A stretch of 16,928 bases of DNA from Candidatus Heimdallarchaeota archaeon (GCA_018238155.1 JABCTZ010000002.1:1-16928), one strand, 5' to 3'; shown: positions 8,618 to 16,460, counted from the first letter of the stretch. The notes: generated by a model not told the origin, from the letters alone. Numbers and translations: made by a program.

Positions 8618-9865
8618 ATGGTCAACTCAAGAGAAAGGGAACGATATGAAAAATTAATCAGGAGAGTTAAGAATAAAGCTGGAGTTATGTATATTGAGGA
8701 TTTGTTGGAAGTAAAACATTCACCAAGAGAAATGATTGATGATAGCATTAAACAAATTAAATATGAGAAGAATCTTGATGAGGTTAAATTGGCAATTAGC
8801 TATCTCCAAGCGGCAAGAGTTGAACGATCTTTAGATCCTCTATTAGAACGATTGGAAAATGAACAAGAAATACAAATAAGATGTGCTATAATACAAGCTA
8901 TTGGTTATATAAAAGCTCAACCCAAAAGAGTTATTCCAATTTTAGAAGAGATTTTGTTAAATGATTCCAATGATAAAGTGCGGCGAAATGTAGCGCAAGC
9001 ACTAGGAAATTTCGGCGAAAAATCAAATAAAATTTTACTCAATGCTCTTTTTAGAGAAAGAGGAAAAGTTCGTTATCAAATAATTGAGGTATTAATTGAA
9101 ATTGAGTTCGATGAAGCAAAATTAATCAAGCTTTTTCAAAAAGAAGTTGCTGTTGCTTGCACTCCTTATGAAAAGTACTCTTTTGCAAGTGGTTTGATAA
9201 TGTTGGAGGGATTAGAAAGCAATGCTTTGAAAATCATAAATGATTTAATTGAGTCTGATAATTTAACAACTAAACAAATTTCTGCTTTTAATGCCATCTA
9301 TAATAGTAAAAATGATGAGAAGAATAGACAAAAACAAGCTCAACAGAAATTAAGAGAATTCATTAAAAAAATTACTGCTACACATGAAACTGATAAAATC
9401 GAATTTAAATCTACTTTCACAGGTGCTTCCAAAAATAAAAATATCGTTCAAGAATCAAAATTCCGAATTGCTCGTGTAATTGCATCATTTATGAATTCAA
9501 AAGGTGGCTTTCTTTTCATTGGGGTAAATGATGATGGTATGATAATTGGGTTAGAGCGAGATTACAAAATTCTAAAAGGAGATAATAAGAAAGATGCTTT
9601 TAAACAAGAGCTTGCTCAAACAATCACTAAACATCTTGGAGCAATTTATCACCATTTAATTGATGTGAAATTCGCGAAATATTTTGCTTATGAAATTTGT
9701 GTGATTAAGGTAAAGACCTGTAATGAATTGGTTCCATTAATTGATCTTAAAGAACAGAAGCATTATGTTATTCGAACCATTAATAGAACATACTCTCTCA
9801 AGTCCCATGAAATCGATAAATATAATGATATTCGAACATCAAAACTTTCTTTGCTTTTACAATAG
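8618..9865 (+). CDS. HEAT-repeat protein fused to C-terminal Schlafen/AlbA_2 domain
   Basis: HEAT-like units SLDPLLERLENEQEIQIRCAIIQAIGYI and VIPILEEILLNDSNDKVRRNVAQALGNF. AlbA_2 signature HETDKIEFKST...IASFMNSKGGFLFIGVNDDGMIIGL. Confidence 0.88.
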   Translation: MVNSRERERYEKLIRRVKNKAGVMYIEDLLEVKHSPREMIDDSIKQIKYEKNLDEVKLAISYLQAARVERSLDPLLERLENEQEIQIRCAIIQAIGYIKAQPKRVIPILEEILLNDSNDKVRRNVAQALGNFGEKSNKILLNALFRERGKVRYQIIEVLIEIEFDEAKLIKLFQKEVAVACTPYEKYSFASGLIMLEGLESNALKIINDLIESDNLTTKQISAFNAIYNSKNDEKNRQKQAQQKLREFIKKITATHETDKIEFKSTFTGASKNKNIVQESKFRIARVIASFMNSKGGFLFIGVNDDGMIIGLERDYKILKGDNKKDAFKQELAQTITKHLGAIYHHLIDVKFAKYFAYEICVIKVKTCNELVPLIDLKEQKHYVIRTINRTYSLKSHEIDKYNDIRTSKLSLLLQ

Positions 9866-9905
9866 GTTTAGCAGTAGTTGTCAATCTAAAGATAAAAAGA
9901 AAGTT

Positions 9906-9952
9906 GGGAAAATCGTTTAAAAAATGATTATTCCCTCCTAATCTCTTTTTTT
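9906..9952 (+). terminator. stem-loop plus U-tract after HEAT-AlbA_2 gene
   Basis: gggaa-aatcgttt (9906-9918) pairs with aaatgatt-a-ttccc (9922-9935); T-run at 9946-9952. Confidence 0.5.
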
Positions 9953-9959
9953 CATTTTG

Positions 9960-10021
9960 AAAAAAATAGCAGAAATGATCTCATTTCAGTTTTCCTTTCA
10001 TCGAACTGAAATAGCAGATCA
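9960..10021 (-). terminator. stem-loop plus U-tract after minus-strand LVIVD gene
   Basis: atttcagtt (9983-9991)/aactgaaat (10004-10012) and tgatct (9976-9981)/agatca (10016-10021). The A-run at 9960-9966 is a U-tract on the minus strand. Confidence 0.55.
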
Positions 10022-10032
10022 TATTCATATTA

Positions 10033-11565
10033 TTAATTATCCTTCCTATTTCTAATAATTCCTGCAATATTGATGGTCAGAACTATTAGTAATATAAGTC
10101 CACCAGAACCTGTTACACCAAGAGAAACTTTTGTAGCAGCATACATTGGATGATTTCTCGAATCGAGAGGATCCGTTCCAGCATCAACTTCTTCTTTATC
10201 AGTAAAGAAGTCGTCATCTGTATCTGAATCCCATGGATCAGTATTGTTGTTGAATTCTTCTAAGTTTGACAAGCCATCCCCATCTTCATCATTAGAGCTA
10301 TCATCAACAAATGGATCAAGATTATGTTCTACTTCATATCCATCTTCCATACCATCAGAATCAGTGTCGCTATCTAACATATCAGTACCTAATAGTAATT
10401 CTTCATCATCAAGAAGACCATCGCCATCTGTATCATTATTATTTGGGTTGGAACCATAATAATTTTCTTCTTCATATTCTGTTAAACCATCCCCATCTTG
10501 ATCATTGCCCACTCTATAAATTTCTATGCCATAATCATTTTCAGAAACATAGAGATAGCTTCCAAGAAGAAAGATATGACTTGTTCTATTATTACTCAAC
10601 ACGCCATTCTCTACAATAATGCTTGGTGCTGTTTTATCTGTTATATCCAATATTTTGAAACCATCTAGATTGTTTGCTGTATAAGCAAAATTCCCTTGAA
10701 TTGTTATATCTACACAACAAAAAGTCTCATAACTATCCTCATAACTATCATAAACCTTAGTTGGAGTTGCAGGAGTACTAATGTCTAAGATAAGTACACC
10801 CATATTCCCATTTGCAATATGAGCATAGTCGCCCTCTATTTCAATAGCCCAACACTGAGAAATTCCGGGAACATAAGAACCAATTTTTACTGGGTTTGAT
10901 TTATTACTGACATCGAAAACTTCCATACCATCAGATTCATCAGCTGTATAACAAATATCACCATCTACATCAATTCCACTTAAGAAGTGATCTCCATCAT
11001 CTATTGTTCCTACGATATCTGGATTGGCTAAATCGGTAACATTGATGATCATAAGTCCTTTCCATCCATCAGCAATATAAACAAAATTTCCTTCCTTAAC
11101 AATGCATTGTGAATGTCCTGTTTGAGTTACAGAGCCTATTTCCACTGGGTTCGTTTTATCACTTATATCTATAATTTCCAAACCATCATTGTAATCAGCT
11201 AGAAATGCAATATTTCCTTCAACATAAACATCTGCAGCAATTCCAGTACCATCGTAAAATGTTCCTACTTTTTCTGGATTTGATGGGTCGGTGACATTGA
11301 TGATTTCTAATCCGCCAGAACCACTACAGAGATAAGTATAGTTATCAACTGCAAAAACACCATATCTGTCATATGAAAAATCTTGTTTATATTCACCAAG
11401 AAATTCATAGATAAATTGTGGTTCTCTTGTTGGTATCAGGACTGTTGACAGATTATCATCAATTGGTTTTGACATATTTATCTCTATATTACTTGATGAG
11501 ATTAACATTGCAAAAACTATTATCGGTAAAATAATTCCTTTTAATTTATTATTAACTAATTTCAT
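10033..11565 (-). CDS. cell-surface protein: signal/anchor, 7 LVIVD repeats, 5 TSP3-like Ca-binding repeats, C-terminal TM with basic tail
   Basis: Repeats such as AFLADYNDGLEIIDISDKTNP (7 counted); DxDGDGL-type motifs (5 counted); TM GGLILLIVLTINIAGII then RNRK. Confidence 0.9.
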   Translation of the reverse strand: MKLVNNKLKGIILPIIVFAMLISSSNIEINMSKPIDDNLSTVLIPTREPQFIYEFLGEYKQDFSYDRYGVFAVDNYTYLCSGSGGLEIINVTDPSNPEKVGTFYDGTGIAADVYVEGNIAFLADYNDGLEIIDISDKTNPVEIGSVTQTGHSQCIVKEGNFVYIADGWKGLMIINVTDLANPDIVGTIDDGDHFLSGIDVDGDICYTADESDGMEVFDVSNKSNPVKIGSYVPGISQCWAIEIEGDYAHIANGNMGVLILDISTPATPTKVYDSYEDSYETFCCVDITIQGNFAYTANNLDGFKILDITDKTAPSIIVENGVLSNNRTSHIFLLGSYLYVSENDYGIEIYRVGNDQDGDGLTEYEEENYYGSNPNNNDTDGDGLLDDEELLLGTDMLDSDTDSDGMEDGYEVEHNLDPFVDDSSNDEDGDGLSNLEEFNNNTDPWDSDTDDDFFTDKEEVDAGTDPLDSRNHPMYAATKVSLGVTGSGGLILLIVLTINIAGIIRNRKDN

Positions 11566-12038
11566 ATTTGAATTCCAGCTTAGTTTTTTTGTTTGAAATT
11601 AAGTAAATCAGTTTTCTATCTAATATTATAATTTCAAAAGTACTTTTCTAGATATTTACAACTATTATATTGAATTTATTTTATATACTTGAGTATTAGA
11701 TAATATTTAGCATATTTTGAATTTTTCCCTTGAACGAAAAACAACTGGAAATTTGTTTTATGTCAAAGAAAACTTTTTTTAAATAAAATTAGATTGTTGT
11801 GGATTCTACACGTGATTTATATTTTTGAATTTGCAGAAAAATGTGAAAATGTTCTATTCTTTTTCTATTTTCATTGCTGAAACATCACTTCTTCACTGGT
11901 GTGAGTAATGAACAAAATGGAGTGTAATTTAATTTGACAGCCGTTAAAAAAGAAATTCAACTTATTATTTCTTAATCTGTAAAAGTCTATTTGCCATTTG
12001 CTCTATCTTCATAAGCTATAATTCAATATGATATACAG

Positions 12039-12108
12039 AAAATAAAAGAAAAAATGACGATTTATTATCAATCATCATGTATTTTGTTTGATAAATTTAG
12101 TAGTCATT
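12039..12108 (-). terminator. stem-loop plus U-tract after DUF4234-like gene
   Basis: aatgac (12053-12058)/gtcatt (12103-12108) with inner ttatcaa/ttgataa; A-rich run at 12039-12052. Confidence 0.45.
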
Positions 12109-12111
12109 GTA

Positions 12112-12495
12112 TTAATGATGTCCACGAATTTCAATATTCAAAGCATTTTGCCATTTCCAGCTAAAATAAAGTGGTACAATAATGGTCCATCCTAAGAATA
12201 TATTCCAAAGAAGAATACCTACACCACTTGGAACATTATGTGATCCGCCTTTTGATTCAATATGATCATGGAGTTTATCATATAAAATGAACATATATAC
12301 TAATGTGCCAAAACCTAATAACATTAGAACAATAACTAAAAGAATGCTAATTGCTTCTTCCTTACCGCTTCTAGCATACAATTTATTCAAATCATCCATC
12401 GTATAATAGAGGTAAACAATACCACAAATTCCTAAAGTTATTATACTCAAAAATAGCCATAGGAAATAAGATCTCTCTTTTATTTGAATAGACAT
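12112..12495 (-). CDS. DUF4234-like small membrane protein
   Basis: IKERSYFLWLFLSIITLGICGIVYLYYTMDDLN matches the DUF4234 N-terminal pattern; recurring hydrophobic segments ending WKWQNALN; GAGCTGA RBS-like site upstream. Confidence 0.75.
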   Translation of the reverse strand: MSIQIKERSYFLWLFLSIITLGICGIVYLYYTMDDLNKLYARSGKEEAISILLVIVLMLLGFGTLVYMFILYDKLHDHIESKGGSHNVPSGVGILLWNIFLGWTIIVPLYFSWKWQNALNIEIRGHH

Positions 12496-12817
12496 ATCAT
12501 CAGCTCATTACTTTATGAGGTGTGTAATATAGAACTACAAACACCACTAATATTTAAGAAGGTCAATGCTTAATAAATAATTTCCATTTTTAAAGTTAAT
12601 ATCATTGAATAATTTCTCTAAATAGTCTAATATCGTTCGCATTTTATTACAGAAATTCTTTAGAAGTATTATTGTTTGGAAGCATTAGTAGCAAATTAAA
12701 AAATCTCTATCTTGAGGATGATACATAAATACTAATTATTTATTTCAATCGATTTCACAATTTTCTTCTATATTTTTCAGATTTGTGAATGTACCTCGGT
12801 TTATCAAAGTTGTTTAA

Positions 12818-12869
12818 AGAAAAGGAAAAAAACTACTTCAACTAGTGATTAAACTCTATCAACTAGTTG
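12818..12869 (-). terminator. stem-loop plus U-tract after cupin gene
   Basis: caactagt (12839-12846)/actagttg (12862-12869); A-run at 12826-12832. Confidence 0.55.
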
Positions 12870-12879
12870 TGTTTCTACT

Positions 12880-13245
12880 TTATTGCTTTCGTTCTTCTAA
12901 GAATTTTGAGGGAGTAGTAGGTTTTGGAGCTTTAATTACTAAAACTCTTAATAGAGCATCACTTTCATTGTACCAACAATGAACAATATTGGCCGGACTT
13001 TCAATTAAAGTTCCTTTTTCTACTTCCTTTCTCTCATCACCTACCAGAACTACTCCTTTTCCTTCTAGAACATAGAACGCTACATCTACTGGTGTCAAGT
13101 GTTTTCTCAATGATTCTCCTGGCTTCAGGAACAGTTGGATAATTATTGCATTAGGATGACTATAGAGTTTTTTTGCTTTCACTCCGTGAGGAGTTTCATA
13201 ATCGGGTTCGGTTTCAATGTTTCTTGTAATCATTTTTATCAACAT
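12880..13245 (-). CDS. cupin domain protein (Cupin_2-like)
   Basis: LKPGESLRKHLTPVDVAFYVLEGKG and GTLIESPANIVHCWYN correspond to cupin motifs 1 and 2. Start may be ATG at 13233. Confidence 0.9.
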   Translation of the reverse strand: MLIKMITRNIETEPDYETPHGVKAKKLYSHPNAIIIQLFLKPGESLRKHLTPVDVAFYVLEGKGVVLVGDERKEVEKGTLIESPANIVHCWYNESDALLRVLVIKAPKPTTPSKFLEERKQ

Positions 13246-13359
13246 TCAATTGTTAAGAATTACTCTTTAAATTTCTTCTTTATAAAATATATCCGTTATT
13301 AACAAATCTCTATGAATGGTCACAGAGTCTTTTCTTTTAGATTGACAAGTCTAAAACTG

Positions 13360-13458
13360 TCTTATTGGTATATTTTTTTATTAATAATAACCGTATTTTA
13401 GTTGGTTCATCATGACCGATTCTAGAGAAAGGGAAAGATATGAAAAATTAATTAGAAG
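13360..13458 (+). repeat. diverged copy of the upstream region and 5' end of the HEAT-AlbA_2 gene (8567-8664)
   Basis: tcttattgg lies 52 nt (here) and 51 nt (8567) upstream of the respective ATG; the first 15 codons are 37/45 nt identical. Confidence 0.85.
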
Positions 13459-13513
13459 TATTATGTTATTCGAGCCACTAATAAAACACACACTCCCAAA
13501 CCACACGAGATAG
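13412..13513 (+). pseudogene. truncated paralogue of HEAT-AlbA_2 gene (33 aa, MTDSRERERYEKLIRSIMLFEPLIKHTLPNHTR)
   Basis: 13 of the first 15 residues are identical to MVNSRERERYEKLIR of 8618..9865, then unrelated sequence and TAG. Confidence 0.7.
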
Positions 13514-13715
13514 AAAAATATCTGATGTTCAAGCGTCAAAATTCAATTAACATTGTTAGGAGTTTTTTTATTATACTTTATTTCTTTTCTCCATTATTGC
13601 CAACAGTATTTAGTAGAATAGTTTGTTCAGTTACACACAGGTAATTTAGTCATTTTTCATAATAAAATTTAAATTCGCTTTTGCTTTACTAAAACAAATA
13701 TTTGGGTGAGTAGAT

Positions 13716-14681
13716 ATGAAAGCAAAACAAAAAATTATGATGTTAACAAGTTTTCTTGTTCTAAGTGTAGCTATTTGTAGTTTTACTAATTCTCAAGCGG
13801 CAATTCCTTCTTGGGGACAAAATGATACTTTTACATGGGGTATGCAAACAATGAGCTATCTTGAACTTGAAGAAGTTGGATCTGGGAAATTAATTTATGA
13901 CGTCTTTATTCAAAACGATGTAACCTACAATATAACGGCTATTGATACATTTTTGAAAACTTATAATTGTAATGTGTCAGGTTATGGTTACAATTCTCAT
14001 TTTACTGATATAGAATATGGTGCACAAGAATTCAAAAATAACTATTTAGTGACGGCAAATTGTTTAGATGTTGATTATAAATGGGATTATGTAAATAATC
14101 AAGCTCGTTTAAATAGATTTGTTTTTGCTTTACCTATGCAACTTTTAATTGAACCTGACTGGGAAATGTTAAACAAAGGCTTCCAAGATGCATTTAATTC
14201 CTCAGAAATAGTGGAACTCTTGGCTGATCCATATACTTCAGATCTTTATACTTGGACTCTTGGTGATTTTTTCAATGACATATCAGTAAAAATAATGGGA
14301 AGGAATACTCTCGAAAAAGGATTTGAGCGATTCAAAGCGTCAAATAATAAATGGACTTTTGAATTTGACGCCAGTGGCACAATACATTCACGATATAACA
14401 ATGGAACTCATATGATTTTCGTTCCATATGATCAGTACAAAATAACCTGTGAATTAGAATATGATGTTGGTGGTGTGCTAAACTTTTACAAGAACAGATT
14501 AGAATATTCAATAACCTATCCTAAAGATCCCGTTGAATCAAATAAGGTTGTTAGCGAAAATAAAATAGCTCTTGGTGGTATTAATAAAGTTGCGAAATTT
14601 AACATTTCCACAATTGTTGCAATTGGAGGTTTTATTACTTTAGCTGCAACAATAATGTTGGTTCGAAAACGAAGAGAGTGA
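13716..14681 (+). CDS. secreted, C-terminally membrane-anchored hypothetical protein
   Basis: Signal peptide MKAKQK-hydrophobic-SQAA; several N-x-S/T sequons; C-terminal TM followed by RKRRE; RBS GGGTGA upstream. Confidence 0.85.
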   Translation: MKAKQKIMMLTSFLVLSVAICSFTNSQAAIPSWGQNDTFTWGMQTMSYLELEEVGSGKLIYDVFIQNDVTYNITAIDTFLKTYNCNVSGYGYNSHFTDIEYGAQEFKNNYLVTANCLDVDYKWDYVNNQARLNRFVFALPMQLLIEPDWEMLNKGFQDAFNSSEIVELLADPYTSDLYTWTLGDFFNDISVKIMGRNTLEKGFERFKASNNKWTFEFDASGTIHSRYNNGTHMIFVPYDQYKITCELEYDVGGVLNFYKNRLEYSITYPKDPVESNKVVSENKIALGGINKVAKFNISTIVAIGGFITLAATIMLVRKRRE

Positions 14682-14709
14682 ATCTCTCTTTCTTCCATTT
14701 TTTTATTTT
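14672..14709 (+). terminator. stem-loop plus U-tract
   Basis: aagagag (14672-14678)/ctctctt (14684-14690) with the TGA stop in the loop, then T-rich sequence. Confidence 0.6.
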
Positions 14710-14781
14710 CAGGGTTCTGTTATAATTTGTAATCGAGTATTCTGTTTTTTGAAACAAAGTTATCTTTTTAAAGAATAATAG

Positions 14782-15202
14782 AGTTTTATATTAGAAGAAT
14801 TATTAGCTCAAAAATCCGTCCAAGTTTTAAAGGCATTAAATAATCACTCGTATAAAGAGCTTACTTATATACCAATTATTGAATCTGAATTTAAAGCAAT
14901 AACAGATAATTTACGAAGTAATGATTATCAAACCGAAACTTTTACTGTGGCAAATGTTTTAGATCTTGATTCTAAAGCTGAAACTAAGTATAAAATAACA
15001 AGTGCAGGTATAAGTAGATGTATGCAAATAAGTTCCCAGATGGAAAGCTGAGATTTTGCTCAAATTGACTTCGAACGCGAATACGATTCTAAAAAGAAAA
15101 GCAACCGAAGATGGCTTATTAGTTGTGCTAATGGTTGTAATGATAGTTGTTATTTCTAGCAAGTGGCTAATTTTAATTTTTTACTTGAAAAATATGTTCT
15201 GA
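14782..15202 (+). pseudogene. probable decayed gene for a membrane-anchored protein
   Basis: 89 stop-free codons with no 5' start (14782-15048, ...ILEELLAQKSVQVLKALNNHSYKELTYIPIIESEFKAITDNL...) overlap a 56-codon +1 frame (15032-15202) ending ATEDGLLVVLMVVMIVVISSKWLILIFY. Confidence 0.35.
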
Positions 15203-15236
15203 CAAGTCTTAAATATTAATTTTGAAATTATTTCTT

Positions 15237-16460
15237 ATGCGCAATTTTGTTATTGAAGAGCAATCAAAGGAATGGCTCTTTGATTTAGATGGTAATGTCT
15301 TTCATCCAAAACTTAGAGATTCAATTGAGAAAGGCATGGTAGTAGGTCTAAAAGTAGCTGAACGAGAGATTCCCTCAAACGAGAGAATAGATATCATTGA
15401 CAAATTCAAGAATTACAATAAATTACATCGGGAGTATTCTGAATATCACAAAAGTGATAATCAGAGGTTAGAGGATCTAAAGAAAGAAATTAGAAAAATT
15501 ATTGTTGAATTTGAGGGACAAAAAGAAAACCTAAAACAAGAAAAAGAGAGAATTGAGAAAGAAATTAGTGAATTAAAAGAACACACGAGTGATGCGGAAA
15601 AAAACAAACAACAATTTAAAGAAAAAGTGTTTTCCTTTGGCAAGGAACTTGGTGAAATTAATAAGAATATTAGGGATAAAAAAAGGCATATTGCTAACCT
15701 AAAAGAAGCTGCTAAACACGATCCAAAATTTAAGAAAAGATATCTGATTGATGAACATAATTTTGATGAAGAGTTGTTTGAAGATAGTTTTGATTATGAT
15801 AAATTTGACGACCTTGAAACTTTATTTTTCGAAATCGGCACGAAAGATAGGCCTTGGTGTGAAACAATTTTCTTCAAAGTTGTGAAAAGAGTTGGAGATA
15901 AATTATATGGGGATGTACTCAGCAATTTTCGAAGGAAAAATAGCAAATGTCCCTTAAAGGATGGAGATAGAATTTCCTTTTATGCGAAGAGTATCTTTTT
16001 AGTACCCAGTATATTGAACAAAAAAAGTAAATTGAAATCTTATTTACAAACTGATTTCAGCTATAAATTCTATCGTTCGAATAGAATAACAGATTGGGAT
16101 GGTGTTTTTCTAGATTTAAAATCAAGAGAATTAATTGGACCTGGTTCTATAGTTCGATTCCAATTGAAAGAAGCAAATAATAGCTCGAATATTCGTTATG
16201 CAATTATCTTAGAACAAGAAGGAAAATATTTTTGGTGTGAAATATTAGATTACTACATTGTCATCGAAGAGAAAATAACTGATTCAGTAAAAACGGGATG
16301 TATTTTCAAATTTAGTAAAGAGAGCATCACTGAAATACCAATTATGTGGAATAAACATTTGCCCGAGTTGGGAAAATGTAAGAATAGAGATAATTTTGGT
16401 TATGCTATTACTGGTCATCGACGGGATGATAAGTACTTTGATTTAGAGGATTTACAATAA
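15237..16460 (+). CDS. hypothetical protein with two homologous beta-rich domains (loosely YegJ/DUF2314-like) and a long coiled-coil insertion
   Basis: Internal repeat DLDGNVFHPKLRDSIEKGMVV / DWDGVFLDLKSRELIGPGSIV and LKDGDRISFYAKSIFLVP / VKTGCIFKFSKESITEIP; heptad-rich middle. ATG 15237 preferred over TTG 15222. Confidence 0.8.
   Translation: MRNFVIEEQSKEWLFDLDGNVFHPKLRDSIEKGMVVGLKVAEREIPSNERIDIIDKFKNYNKLHREYSEYHKSDNQRLEDLKKEIRKIIVEFEGQKENLKQEKERIEKEISELKEHTSDAEKNKQQFKEKVFSFGKELGEINKNIRDKKRHIANLKEAAKHDPKFKKRYLIDEHNFDEELFEDSFDYDKFDDLETLFFEIGTKDRPWCETIFFKVVKRVGDKLYGDVLSNFRRKNSKCPLKDGDRISFYAKSIFLVPSILNKKSKLKSYLQTDFSYKFYRSNRITDWDGVFLDLKSRELIGPGSIVRFQLKEANNSSNIRYAIILEQEGKYFWCEILDYYIVIEEKITDSVKTGCIFKFSKESITEIPIMWNKHLPELGKCKNRDNFGYAITGHRRDDKYFDLEDLQ

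Larger units (their letters stand above)
9879..13347. mobile_element. candidate non-autonomous cassette bounded by terminal inverted repeats
   Basis: TGTCAATCTAAA (9879-9890) and its reverse complement TTTAGATTGACA (13336-13347), each flanked outside by AGT (9876-9878, 13348-13350). Encloses exactly the three minus-strand genes; no transposase. Confidence 0.35.

Noticed and set aside
7470-10619. ORFs 7470..7742, 8080..8424, 8099..8323, 10244..10459, 10311..10619
   Set aside because: Alternate-frame or antisense products of the repeat-rich LVIVD/Asp-rich genes; GAT repeats create Met-rich frames and the PT run creates VG repeats.
11872-11910. SECIS element
   Set aside because: The upper stem is only about 6 bp, there are no apical adenosines, and no + strand UGA-containing gene lies upstream.
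15049-15159. Selenocysteine or other readthrough of TGA 15049-15051 into a Cys-rich tail (SCANGCNDSCYF)
   Set aside because: No 5' start codon, no selenoprotein context and no convincing SECIS downstream; frameshifted decay explains it more simply.
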